A stretch of DNA of 64,000 nucleotides, taken from contig OX597826.1 in the NCBI GenBank assembly GCA_951406725.2, forward strand, positions 72,230,001 through 72,294,000, in the 5' to 3' direction. A program made the position numbers and the translations under genes. This document shows, piece after piece, positions 48,666 through 62,154 of this stretch; position 1 is the stretch's first letter, and the number at the start of each line of letters is the position of its first letter. The DNA comes from Octopus vulgaris (lineage: Eukaryota). Under the pieces are notes generated by a model. That model was not told where the DNA came from and did no database searches. It saw nothing but the letters and a program-made list of their open reading frames with translations.

Positions 48666-50959
48666 GTCAGTCAGATTTCCATTTATCACAGAACTGTGTG
48701 TGTGTCTGTGTATATTCACAAGTGTTTGTGTGTTCAGAAGTATTTAGGTGACAGCTTTACTTTAATAGATACAGTACTAAATATACAAGTGTACATTAGA
48801 GGTTTTCTTTTCCATTTATTTTCATGGCTAGCTGCTGAATACTGCTCTTAGTTATGTGTTGCCTGGGATTGCTAGTCATTTGACTGCTTTTAATATCATA
48901 ATTTTACGTGGCATTCAGATTGTATCATTCACATATATGTATCAGCAAAGAAAAAATTATTTTTGATATTTCAATAAACCCTTGGGAAATTTTGAATAGT
49001 TGAAATTGATTATTATTCAATTTCTGCTAAGATTGATATTGCTTTTCCTCCCTCTGGGATCAATAAAATACTTGCCAGTCAAGTAAACCCCTTCCTCTAA
49101 AACGTCTATGTTTGTACATAGGTTAGGATCATCATTTAGCATCCATTGTCCATGCTGACATGGATTAGACAAGGGCTGACACTCTGGAAGTCTGTACCAG
49201 ACTCCAGTCTGATTTAGCATGGTTTTCTATGGCCGGATGCCCTTCTTAATGCCAACCACTCCAAGAGTCTAATGGGTGTTTTTATGTGATGCTGGCATGG
49301 GTGACATTTGCATGACACCAGTGTCTGCCACGGCTGCAGTTTTGCTCAGTTTGATGGGTCTTCTTCTCAAGCACAACATAATGCCGATTGTCTTGGTCAT
49401 TGCCTCCGTGAGTGCTCGACACTCAAAAGGAACTCAGCCACTTTGCCTCCGTGAGGCCCAACACTCTATTATTATTTCCAATGTTGACTGTCAGAATCAA
49501 TATATTGCTAGACTAAATACCTGACGGTATTTAGGGTTCTTTTAATGGCTTAGTCAGAATAGGAAGGGCTTCACCTGTGACCATTTACAGGACTTCTGTG
49601 GCTAGGAGGGAATAGGTTATCTTCATGCCTCAAACTGCTCAAGACACTCAATTAAAGAGTTGCCGATTGTCTTTAATTTTTATCAAATTAAAATAAGAAT
49701 TGTTTCTTTATGTTTTGAATTTATATTTCACTGAAGTTGACTTTACAGTCCTTTCAAGCATTGATGTCAATTAGGTCGCATGTAAATTAGTTGGATCAAT
49801 ACTATAAGTTACTGCTAGTATGAATGTAATCTTCTATGCCATCTCCCTCCAAATAAATATGTGGCATTGTACAATGTAGGGGGGCTCCGAAAGGGGTCTC
49901 AGGGAGAACCGTCCCTGCCTTCCTGAGCTAGTTTTTTACTACTTTTCTTAAAAGTTGTAGTAGAGGCTTTGGTCTTGGGACCACTCATGTCTAGAAGCTG
50001 AGGTTGAGGTAAGCAAGGGCATGCTCCCCGTCGAACATCCAGCTCCAAGATAGCCTCATGATAGCAAAGGAGAATGGGCACCAGCCAACCTGAAGGTTGG
50101 GGTAGGCTGCACCTGAAAAAGTAGGATGCCCAAAACCAGGTGAGATGGTGTGAGGGCGGTTGCTATAGCATTGAGGTAAATCCAGCCACCTCCATTAATG
50201 GGGACAAAACCCAGATTTAAAACACTGGATGATGTAGTAGTGGAGCTGGATTGATCAAATGCTGAGCTGGGTTTGAACCCTACCACCTTGTTAGATAGAA
50301 ACTGAAAGAAGATTGTTATCTATGTGTACTGTCTTCATGCTTATGCATGTTGTCACTTTTTCTTGTCAATGAATCATCTGGGCACCTTACGTCTTCAAAG
50401 CCATGGGGAATAAGGAATCTCCTGCTCAAGAAACAGGGAAGGGATAATGTCAGGAAGAGTATCCTGCTATAAAACAGTACCTCAAATAGCCTACTCACCT
50501 AACTCAGGCAAGCATGGAAAAGCCAACGTAAAAATCAATGAATGAATGGAATTCTGTGTTTATGTTGTAAAAATGTTTGTCTTCCTCAGTATGAATTTAT
50601 CAGAAGAGTAAAAAATATGGAATGTTCTGTTATAGAAATTTATCCAATAATTACGGCTATAAATTGAACAAGTGACATTGGTGTAGTAAAATATACACTT
50701 TGAAAAATGGCTCTTTATTGAGTAAAAAAAAAATTATTATAATGTAACAGTGTACCTTCATAGATGACAATTACATTTACTAGTGTAGAAGTCACACTAT
50801 TTTATACTTTATTTTAAGTGAAAACATTAAGGTGGGACTTGTACACAAGATGAAGCTAAACCTATGGAGGGAGAAAATTTTGTGCCAAGATTTAACATTG
50901 AGGGTAGAACTTGTACATGACTGTTTTGCCCTCACCATTCTTATATATCAAATATTCAC

Positions 50960-51240
50960 TCATCATCATCATCATTTAACGTCCGCTTTCCATGCTAGCG
51001 TGGGTTGGACGATTTGACTGAGGTCTGGCGAACCAGACTCCAATCTGATCTGGCAGAGTTTCTACAGCTGGAAGCCCTTCCTAATGCCAACCACTCCGAG
51101 AGTGTAGTGGGTGCTTTTACATGCCACTGGCACAAGGGCCAGTTTGGTGCTACTGGCAATGGCCACGCTCAAATGTTGCTTTTTATGTGCCACCTGCACA
51201 GGAGCCAGTCCAGCGGCACTGGCAACGACTTCGTTTGAAT
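50960..51240 (-). mobile_element. RTE LINE 3' end (others about 28460-28710 -, 44540-44750 +, 49130-49460 -)
   Basis: (CAT)n ttaacgtccgctttccatgctagc terminus. Confidence 0.85.
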
Positions 51241-51402
51241 GTTTTTTGTTTTTTTTCCTGGTTATGCAAAATAATGAGAAATTACACAATTTACATTGTT
51301 GTGTTTATCTCTTTAGCCAAGCTTTTCAGTTTATTGTCTTTTGTGGCTTGGCCATCCCTCCCTTCTATGAAAAAAAAACACTAGTTTATAAATATATATA
51401 TA

Positions 51403-51782
51403 CACTACCGTCAGAAATTAATTAGCACCCTTGATTTGCTCTTCACTCAAGGTATGTGCTGTCACCTAGTGGCCATATCTCGAACTATTGCTTTGTTGCG
51501 AGTTCACTGTTGCGCAGAACGATGACGTAACTTTGTTTGCAGAGCAGTTTGAGAGTCTACAGCCTTATGATGTTGACATAGCAGTGCAACAACAACTTGG
51601 AGTGCGGATGCAGACAAATCTTCCTTTGTTTAATAGATATAGGTAGCGCCTCGCAAGGACCGAAATCACACCATACTAAGTTTTCTCATCGCGTAAGACG
51701 TTTTGAACAGCTCATAGGTTAATTGATTTAACCTATTTAATGTAGAAATTTGAGAAGTGCTAATTAATTTCTGACGCAAGTG
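51403..51782. mobile_element. Tc1/mariner-type MITE with about 26-bp TIRs and TA target duplication
   Basis: TA|CACTACCGTCAGAAATTAATTAGCAC...GTGCTAATTAATTTCTGACGCAAGTG|TA. Confidence 0.85.
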
Positions 51783-51955
51783 TATATATTACTCTGTAGT
51801 ATTTTGTTTTGATGAGGGGCAATTAGAATCCAGGTTTTGATTACTGTGAGATTATTTTGAGTTTGTTATAGCAATTGTCTGAACTATTCTGATTTCTTCT
51901 TCAGAGATACCAATGATGTTATTGGGGTGTTTTCTTTCTTTTTTTCGTTTTCTAG

Positions 51956-52047
51956 TTTGCAGTTACCTTCAACAATTCCAGGCTCAGAGTGTACAAAGTG
52001 GTGTCAATAACGTTCCAACTGGAACACATGTTCGAGACGATGAACAG
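51956..52047 (+). CDS. MIER1: MIER1-like exon 8, ELM2 (VCSYLQQFQAQSVQSGVNNVPTGTHVRDDEQ)
   Basis: P.G.HVRDDEQ matches PEGSHIKDNEQ; ttctag acceptor, CAG|GTAGGT donor; phase 1 to 0. Confidence 0.93.
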
Positions 52048-52417
52048 GTAGGTTAAATGTACTTTATTCCTTTCTCATATAGATTAGCATCAGCTGAAGT
52101 GGTTAACATCTCTCTTCGTATTTCTGTCATTTAGAAATGTAATTGGTTAAACACATAACAAGCCATTTAAGGAGCCTCTTCATAGTTGTTCCACCTACTG
52201 GAAATAGCTGCTAAAAAGTTGATGTGAAAGAAATAATGTTGAAAAGCTGCTTTGAAAGATGAAGAGTGTTTTCTTAAATGAACATCTTTATTCTAGTTTT
52301 GATATCTAGTTTTGATATATTAGTGTCTGTATGTGAGAGAATAAGAGATATATCAGAAATTCTGTTTGCTGTCTTTCACAAGGTGTATGCAAGAGGAAAA
52401 GTAAGAGAATATCTTTA

Positions 52418-52790
52418 ATAATAATAATAATAATAATGAAATTATTGTATAAAGTGCTCAGGTGCACCACAACTTGTCAAAAGTGCATATAAAGAATACG
52501 CAGTAATGTACAAATGTCTGGGAAGTGAACAGTGTATGAGTCAGATACATGCTTGTGTGTGTATGGAGGAAGCATGGAAGTTTTGAAGGATGCAGTGCTC
52601 CGACAACTAACAACTGATCCCGGCAGTTTGTTCCATGCTTCAGCAACTCTTAGCATGAAAAATTGTTTCCAAAAGTCATGGGAGCTGTGCTGTTTTCTGA
52701 CTTTGTAAATATATCCATGGGTGTTAGACAGATGGAGTTTGAAAAGGTGCTTAGAGTTATTGTTTGTAAGATGGTTAATAATTTTTCAAC
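52418..52790 (-). mobile_element. CR1-type LINE 3' end with (ATT)n tail
   Basis: Homologous to 38731-39085. Confidence 0.8.
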
Positions 52791-53416
52791 AGCCTCACTA
52801 CAGTTAAGACATTTCTGGTGAGGTTGAATTGCTGTGGTATATATAAGAAAATGGTGAATGTTCCAGAATCTTCTATTCACAATTTTGATACAAAAATCCA
52901 GATGATTCTTTTGATGTGTACCAACATTCTGTCACAACTGCCTCAAAATGTAAATGGCTGTAATTTTTTGTTGATAGGGATGTTGCTTTGTTTGTGTAGT
53001 TTAGTACTGCTGTTGTAAAATTACCAAATATGGTACTATTGGTTTCAAATTTTGGCACAAAGCCAGCAATTTCAGGGGTGGAGGTAAGTCAATTACATCA
53101 ACCCCACTCCTCAGCTGGTACTTATTTTATCAACCCCAGAAGGATGAAAGGCAAAGTTCACCTCAGCGGCATTTGAATTCAGAACACAAAAAAAACAGAC
53201 AAAATGCCAGTAAGCATCTTGCCCAGCATGTTACCAATTCTGCTAGTTGGCCATCTTTACCAAATATGGTAAGCCATGTAGCTAAGTCTAGACAGAGCTG
53301 TTATAGAATTGATTCCTAGGTGCAATCTGCTACTGATCTAAGGTAACCCTGCGTTTCCTCGTATTTTGTAGATATTTCCTTATTGTTTGTGTTTTTTTCC
53401 TTTTCTGTTTTTTAAG

Positions 53417-53498
53417 GCGCTTTATTTGTTGTTGCAATGCGGTCATAACACAGAAGAGGCGTTGCGAAGAAGGAAAATGCAAGCAGTATCCCCCACAG
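53417..53498 (+). CDS. MIER1: MIER1-like exon 9, ELM2 end (ALYLLLQCGHNTEEALRRRKMQAVSPT)
   Basis: Matches [20 protein letters not shown]; AAG acceptor, CAG|GTTCGG donor; phase 0 to 1. Confidence 0.93.
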
Positions 53499-54350
53499 GT
53501 TCGGATAATTTCTTTGTAAACTATTTGAATTGCATTTTAATTTTAAAACCCAAAGTATGCGGGCACAAGACAATTTACCGCATTCACCCAAACAAACATG
53601 AAAACAATTGACATTTAGTAAATTAATATTTTATTGTGACATCTCTTCTCCAATCTCAGTCTGATGCAATACTTTCAAAGTCACCAATGCAAAGTATACT
53701 TTTTAAATCAATTAAGTCTAACTCTATAATTTGTATATCCAATTTTGTAAAAAAAAAAAAAAAAAAAAATTAAAAAAGAAAAAAATTGTTATTTCTGTCA
53801 CGTATTTGCGTACTTAGCATTTTAAAGCATGATTTTTAAAAATTAAAATTCACTGTTATTATTTTTTTTCTGTTACATAAAATGAGTAATATTTCACACT
53901 TTTATGATAAAATGTAACATGAATACATAAAAGTATTTGAGAAAAAAAAAAAAGAAAAAGGTATGCAACTTCCTCTGATTTGTTGAAAGATGAAAAGCTA
54001 GAAATGCAATTTATGTCTAGCATTAAGATTTATATTCCTCTCTGCTAACTATTGGAATGGGGGCGTATATGTTTTCATAAAATCTTGTTTTATATTTTCT
54101 ATTTTAAAGTCTGGAGACTAGCTATGTTTTAAGTTACCAAACTTTATGCGTATGTATTTGTGGGTGTGCTTGTCATTATATTCCGTGGGTTACTGTTAAA
54201 GTTAGTTTCACCTTTATTTGTATCGTTAGCTGTTCAAGGTTGTCGTGGTGTTACTAACAGCATCATCTCTAATCAAGTTATTTGGTTTTAATTTGATTGA
54301 TATTGCTTTGTTTGTCTGTCTGTCTGTCACAGTCTCTTTCTTTCTCCCTA

Positions 54351-54399
<49 letters not shown>

Positions 54400-57296
54400 G
54401 AAAAATGAAAAGAAATGGCTTTTCTGATAAATTTTTCCACTTTGATAATTAGATGTTTATAAATCATAAACATTTAATGATTTCTAAACATCTAATTCAT
54501 TAAGTGGAAAAGATTATCAAAAAAGTCATTCCTGTGCATTTTTCAAACATATACTGTGCCAAGGACTTTATATATATATATATAATGTATGTATACACAC
54601 ACATACACTGCTATAGAGTGTAAATGCGATGGTGCTTGTGATGAGACTGGCTTTTCTCTCCATACACTTGTTTATTATATGCACACATTCTTAGAGATGT
54701 CGTGTGATGCACAATGAAAGTAGTTTTGTCTATTTGTTGCATTTCTTTTAGTTTCGTGTGATGTAGAGGATAAAGAATTTAAAGCCTCCCTATGTTTTTG
54801 TGTGGTCTTAGATCAGACAGCATTGCTCTGCTCTTAAGTGTGATCTGCACTCAGACAAATAAGTAGCTATCTAAAACTATTAGTCTGTGGCTTCCATTCC
54901 CTTTCATTTGTTCTTTTCTCCCTGCATATTTTTTTTTTCATTTACGTAGTCTCAATGACAGGAAGAAGATCGATACAATTTGTCCCCTATGCTGGCATTT
55001 TTGTATGGCTTTGCCACTTACAACTGACTGAAGATGTGAGGTATCGAGAACAAGATTTGTCAGTATGGAATTTGCCAGGTTCAATACTGTTCTAAGTTAA
55101 GTGGCAGTCTTCTAGAATTTAGCTTTGGTTTACAAATTTAAAGAATAACAGCTTCTATTGATTTTCATAATCTGGTATCAGATTAGTGAAGGTTTCGGAT
55201 TATCAAGATTCAGGAGCATTCATTATTCATTCCCTTTTGCCGTTTGCCTTTTTTAAATTGTTTAAAACTGCACTAGTATATGACAGGTATAGTACTTGCA
55301 AGTAGTTTGATCTGAGTGCCTCTGCATTAGTGTCTAAATCTGCTACAGTTAACGGGTAAATCTTCTTCAAATCTCATTCTACTATGTTGGGAAATGCTTG
55401 AGTCACGGCTGGAACACTTTTTAATCATAGATCGAGTGACAATGTTTTGACTGTTGACTTTAAGGACTGTGATAGTCTTGAAACAATGAATATACTCTAG
55501 AACAAAGGTGAACATGATTTTATAAACTTTGTCAAAGCTCTGTTCATCATCATCATTTAACGTCCTATTTAGAGTAAATTTTTTAAAGATGTTTAGAAAG
55601 TTCTCACTAGTCCTGAATTACATAAATTGTCTTATTACAGAGCTAAGATTGGTTTCTTGTTTTATTGTCCTGTTCCTGGTTAAATTTTATTAAATTCTGC
55701 TCTCTCTTATGTGAAATTTGTCACACTTTTGACTCATCAAAATTGTGAAGGAACTTTACATATTTGAAATCTTGCTGTTTGGAATTTGGAATGATTTGAT
55801 AAATAATTAGCTGAAGTCTGTAGTAATGTATAGTTTGTTATTGTTATCACACTTGTTTTGGTAACATTTTAAGATTGCTTTAGGCTTTTGGGTGCTTGTG
55901 GTATAATTTACACGAAACTGTTTGGAATATCCTATTGAATTTTTATATTCTGTCCATATCTGAAGCCTCCCTCCCTGTTATGATGACTTGGTAAACGCAT
56001 CAGTTTGCTGCCTGATTCTGTAGCTATAAACTTCTTTTTGTAGAAAATGAATCATCTTGTGATATGTTGTTGTCACCACTAGAAGACCTTGACTTAGACT
56101 CAACGCTGTCACCTGCCAGAAGCATAGGTATTGGCAACTTGGCTTTCTCCTATTTGAAGGGAGGTGTGTGTTGTTGGAAATTTGAAGCTTAAGTGATTTT
56201 TTTTTTTTTTTAATAAATTTATTTTTGCTTAAACACATCACTTAGCTTTTTAAGCAAAATTCATAAAAATGTTTTCCATCATTTGAAATTTTCCTTAGAA
56301 TATTTCAACACATGCCTCTCAAAGAGTTATGTGTATGTATGTATGTAAAATTCATGGATATATATATATATGTATATTTATATATATATGCATACATACG
56401 TACATACACACACAGACTTATGTTAGTCTCTCACAGCCATGCATTACCAGCATTGTTAAATTACATTGCTGACTGTATATATATATATTTTCCTTGACTG
56501 TTTATGACAATTTTAGAAAGGCCAGAATGTTTATTGGCCCCAAATTCTTGTTAGTAACCACAATCTATTAATAAGCTCTCCCTAAGAGGTTTATAGGAAA
56601 CTCATGTTAATGTTTTTTTATAATTTGGTCATCAATGCCGCCTCCCTTCAATTCTACTTGACAATTTTGCTTTATATAATTGTTACGCTTCTTAAATTAA
56701 AACCATTATTTTGATTATATTAAAAAGTTTACTGCTCATTAAACTTTGAAAGCATTAATGAAATCTCGACTGAGTTATCCTTGCAATGGCAGCCAAAGTT
56801 TCTGTTGTTATTATTATTATTATTATTTACATTATTAAAGCATGACTTGTTCCTAACATTTCCAATCTGGGTAATGAAATGGGTTTTTTTTTCATAATGA
56901 GCACTATATAGAAACCAGAAAGAAATTGCAGATATTTTACCAGGATATAGTTGCCACAGAAAATAGAAACATTTAAGGAAACTTACCTAATTTCTGGTAG
57001 AATTAAAACACATAGTTTTTGGCATCTCAAATCAAATTAAATGCTGATATAATTCTAACAAGTCTTTGTTCACTTTTATGTCCATTTTTTCCATGCTAGC
57101 ATGGGTTAGAGGAACATGGAATATTTTATTCCAATGAAAATTTGTCTTTCAACTTGACTAAAATTAATTAAGTCAGAAAATTCATTTTCGTTTGTATCCT
57201 GAATTTTTCTACTTATTTAGGATTATTTAAGACAGCAATCTGTTCCACGTTTTTCGTAACTGACTTCAGTTTTTGAAGATTATCCTTATTACACAG

Positions 57297-57968
57297 TCAT
57301 CATCATTGTCGTTTAGCGTCCGCTTTCCATGCTGGCATGGGTTGGACGGTTTGACTAGGACTGGTGAGCCAGAAGGATGCTCCAGGCTCCAATCTGATCT
57401 GGCAAAGTTTCTACAGCTGAATGCCCTTCCTAACACCAACCACTCCAAGAGTGTAGTACGTGCTTTTGTGTGCCACTGGCACGAGGGCCAGTCAGGCGGT
57501 ACTGTCAACGACCACACTCAAAAGGTGTTTTTTACGTGCTACCTGCACAGAAGCTAGTCCAACAGCACTGGCAATGACCACACTCAATGTTGTTTTTCAC
57601 GTGCTAGTAAGGCGAAGCTGGCAATGATCATGCTCAGATGGTGCTTTTTACATGCCACCGGCACGAGGACCAGTCAGCAGCCCTGACAACAGTCACAATC
57701 AGGTGGTACTGTCATTGGCCATGTCAGCGATTTTGATTTCACTTGCCTAAGCAGGCCTTTGCAAACAAAGTTTATTGTCCAATGAATGAAGGCTACTCAT
57801 AAGTGGGCTGGTTATACACCACTGCCATAGGCCACGGGTTATGGTCTCACTTGGCTTGTCGGGTCTTCTCAAGCACAGCATATCTCCAAAGGTCTTGGTC
57901 ACTAATCATTGCCTCAGTGAGGCCCAATGTTCGAAGTTCGTGCTTCACCACCTCATCCCAGGTCTTCC
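57297..57968 (-). mobile_element. RTE LINE 3' fragment: ORF end plus 3' UTR
   Basis: Reverse complement of 4055-4792, including the KTWDEVVK-coding end. Confidence 0.85.
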
Positions 57969-59692
57969 ACTAGAATATTTATCACTACACCTATCTACAC
58001 TGTATATCATCAGCGTGATAATTAGACTGAGGGAATCAAAAATGGGTAACTAGTTGTTATATGTCCTTTATTTTCAATTCTAGTCTTTAAAAGAGGTATT
58101 TTGTTTAGATTCTTCTGACTGTGCCAAGGAAATTAAGGCTAGGTAAATAGTCAAGAACTACTTCAGTTCAGAGCAATTCCTTCAAGTTGCAAAAGTACCC
58201 CTCGCTATGGTCTACTATGTTATATTTGAGATGATGCACTTCCTTTAACCATTGCAGTTAGAAGAATAAAAGAAAGCTATTTGACTGGCCTCTTTAGATT
58301 TCATCTTTATATTCGGTCTCATTTAACTGTTACTATACCAAACTTATTGACTGTACTTTCACCTCCACTTGAAAATTCTTTGATACAACAAACCAACCTC
58401 CTTGTAGTCACTCGGCCTGCTAGAAATACCAACCAAATCGTCCACAAATCTCATCTTACTATCTCAAAAAGGACACATTGGATATAGAGTCTTGGGTCGA
58501 CTATACCTCAGAAGAACCCAGGTGGTCACAGTTTGGGTGCTTTTGACCATTAATCTAGTATCACATCTGTCCTGAGACTCAGGAGGAATAACAATATATA
58601 TTTTGGTACCCTTATTTCTATGTTTGCCCAAACTTTGTACCAAACATCAAATTCTGTAGATCACCAGATCCTATCTCATCACCGTGTAATGTGGGTAACC
58701 CTGTCAGTTGAGTCAGTGTCATAATGGATTTAACAGGCAGGATTCCTGCAAGTCACTCACTCTAGTGTACCAGCAGTGTCGGTTAAAGTATACCACTGTA
58801 CTTTCTTCATAGTTTGTGTCAAAAATTACACACTTTGGCATAGTTGGTTTCTCTTAGAATGTTTTCCTTTCTTTGGTATTCAGTAAATTATAACTTAGCT
58901 TAGAGATGTGAACCACATGATAAAATGTAGAGTTATTTTAATGTTAACTCCCTTCCATTACTGTATTTATTTTGAGATGCTTGTGTTTCTTTCAATTAAT
59001 TTTAAATATAGCAAAGAATTTAGTAAAATAACTTAGTTATCATTCAGCTAGTGTAAGGAACATAAATTGTGACTAAGGTTTGGTGGAAGATTTTAATTCA
59101 AAACTTTTGTAAACAAGACATTTGTACTACAATGCCAGAGCCGGTTTCGGCCGGGTTGGTAACGAAAGGGTTAATTTATGCAGGAAATATTGGAAGACTT
59201 ACTAGAAATCGTTGTACATTTACTTGGTGATCATTTCATTACTATTTTGGGGAAGAATAAGAAGCATGCTTTGCTGATGAAGTCAAATGTAGGATAATCC
59301 ACAGTTGTCTCCCATGCTTCGTGAAATAAAAATAATATTCATCATTGGCTATTATTTTTTTCTTCACAGTGTGATTATTTCTTGTTCTTTTTATTGAGTC
59401 CTGCTTTAAACATGTTGACTATAAATTCCAGTAAGCTTCTTGCATACACTAAAATGACTTGCTTTAAAAAATGTTTTTGTCTCAATATTTATTTGATTTT
59501 GAGGTTGAATACTCGCACACACACACACATACACTCTCTCTGATTTGAGACTTTGGCTGCCATTGGTTATAAAGTAAAATTACCTTTTTTTTTTTATGTA
59601 ACATTTTTCAATAATTTTTCTTTCTTTGAAAAAAAGTATACAAGGTTTGTAAATATATAGAAACAGTGTTAGTCATTTATTTACTGGAATAA

Positions 59693-59866
<174 letters not shown>

Positions 59867-59986
59867 TAACACTCTCTCACTCCCTCCTCCATTTTATATC
59901 TTATGTTCTTGCTCTTCCCTCTTGAGTGATTTGCTGTTAAGATTTTAATTTTCTAACCATAGTCTTTAGCTAGTGTGTGTTCATAT

Positions 59987-60362
59987 ACTCTTTTACTTGT
60001 TTCAGTCATTTGACTGCGGCCATGCTGGAGCACCGCCTTTAGTCGAGCAAATCGACCCAGTACTTATTCTATCGGTCTCTTATGTCGAGCCGCTAAGTGA
60101 CGGGGACGTAAACACACCAGCATCGGTTGTCAAGCGATGTTGGGGGGACAAACACAAACACACATATATATATATATATATATATATGTACATATATACG
60201 ACGGGCTTCTTTCAGTTTCCGTCTACCAAATCCACTCACAAGGCATTGGTCGGCCCAGAGCTATAGCAGAAGACACTTGCCCAAGATGCCACGCAGTGGG
60301 ACTGAACCTGGAACCATGTGGTTGGTTAGCTAGCTACTTACCACACAGCCACGCCTGCGCCT
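59987..60362 (-). mobile_element. Full-length young SINE family A copy
   Basis: Near-identical to 36443-36853, with a short internal deletion. Confidence 0.9.
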
Positions 60363-60833
60363 ATATCTAATTATGTTTCATAAGTTTAATCTCTGATTGT
60401 CCTCAAGTGTTTTATTCACTGGTTCAGTGATAAAGATGCTATTACACTTACATTACAAATAAAATGTTCCTAGTTTCAGTCCAATCTGACACTTGATATA
60501 AAACTCCAAAAATAGATTACATGATGATGATATGGAAACGAACTCTCATACTGCACGGTAGATGTAACTTATAGACTGGAAAATTGGCATTTTATACATT
60601 CAATACACTTGAACCTTTCGTACATCAATTGTGTCTACTAAGCTCAGAAGATTATGTAAACTGATTGGAGATTGTGCAAGTATCATTATCATCATCATAT
60701 GACTAGCATTGGTTGGACAGTTTGACTGGAGCTAGTAAGTCCAGGTGCCATACCAGGCTCTAATTATCTGTTTTGGCATGGGTTCTATTGCTAGATGCCC
60801 TTCCTAACACCAACCATTTTACAGTGTGTACTA

Positions 60834-61082
60834 AGTGCCTCTTACATCGCACCAGTGCTTTTTACATGGCACCAGTACCGGAGTCTCTTACATGGCACCA
60901 GCACTGGTGTCTCTTACATCGCACCAGCACTAGTGCCTCTTAAATAGCACCAGCACTGGTGTCTCTTAAATGACACCAGTACCAGTGCTTCTTACATTGC
61001 ACCAACACCAGTGCTTTTTACGTGGTGCCAGAACCAGTGCTTTATATGTGGAACCAGCTTTATGCATGGCACCAGTACTGGT
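60834..61082. repeat. Minisatellite of 18-26-bp units (gtgcctcttacatcgcaccagcactg) attached to an old RTE 3' end (from about 60685)
   Basis: About 11 degenerate units read directly. Confidence 0.8.
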
Positions 61083-61831
61083 GAAAAACCTCACTGCATT
61101 GAGGAGTGGCTTTAGCCAGGAGTCAGTTCGGGCCTTGTGGGTGGAATTGGATAGTTGGAAATGGTGAACCCTTCAGCACATTGATTCTCAACTGGGGTCA
61201 GAATTTTATTAAAATTTTCTCAGCAATAAATTGCTTATACTAGAACAATGCACCAACTATTTTGACCTTTTTTTTTTTTATATATACACAACTCCAAATG
61301 ATATTTAATAAATATAATAGGATATTTAAAACTTTGAATGACTGCAAGTCCACCAGCATAAAATACAAATAAAAAAGGCTCATATGTAAAAAAATGGTTG
61401 GGAATCTGTTTAGCATTTAAGCGATCCAAATTTGGCCCAAATATCCTATCTGTTTTATGTTCAAACCAGCCAGATCCATCCTCTCATGCCTACGGTATAA
61501 TGTAGGATTAATTAAAAATGATGTCAATAAATAAGTATTACATTTGTCTTAATGTAAGCTTAATGCTAAAGACTTTTAATGGGTTACTCCTGTTACTCAG
61601 TTTCTTACTGATTCTGTCTGAAGTTCACAAGAAGAGCACAAATGTCTATAAAATTCTTCACATTTTACTATATAATTCAGTGGATGAGCAGTTCAGTCAT
61701 ATTACTAAAACACTCTTCAAAAATGACAAGACTTTTTTGGAATTATTTTTCTTTTTTAAGAAAAAAGGAATTTTTATTCACTAACATCACTTATTGTTTT
61801 CCATCTTTCCTGCTGTCATTAAATTAATCCA

Positions 61832-62154
61832 GTGAGGGCGCGTGGCTTAGTGGTTAGGGCATTCGGCTCATGATCGTAAGGTTGTGAGTTCGATTCCCGG
61901 CGACGCGTTGTGTCCTTGAGCAAGACACTTTATTTCACGTTGCTCCAGTCCACTCAGCTGGCAAAAATGAGTTGTACTTGTATTTCAAAGGGTCAGCCTT
62001 GTCACTCTCTGTGTCACGCTGATTATCCCCGAGAACTACGTTAAGGGTACACATGTGTGTGGAATGCTCAGCCATTTGCACGTTAATTTCACGAGCAAGC
62101 TGTTCCGTTGATCGTATCAGCTGGGACCCTCGTCGTCGTAACCGGCGGAGTCTT
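61832..62154 (+). mobile_element. Full-length young SINE family D with 13-bp target-site duplication
   Basis: TTAAATTAATCCA at 61819-61831 and 62155-62167; A box tggcttagtgg, B box gagttcgattcc; CpGs intact. Confidence 0.92.

Noticed and set aside
49885-50290. GC-richer block, possibly a retroelement 5' UTR
   Set aside because: Single copy in the window with no termini or coding motif to support a call
55979-56014. ATGATGA...CTGA box C/D-like pair
   Set aside because: Too short, no terminal stem or second D box, no recognisable rRNA guide
60834-61082. Short direct repeats resembling a CRISPR array
   Set aside because: Eukaryotic intron, degenerate abutting units, no unique spacers, no cas genes
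61836-61905. tRNA-like sequence with A and B boxes
   Set aside because: It is the head of a TSD-flanked SINE and lacks a complete cloverleaf
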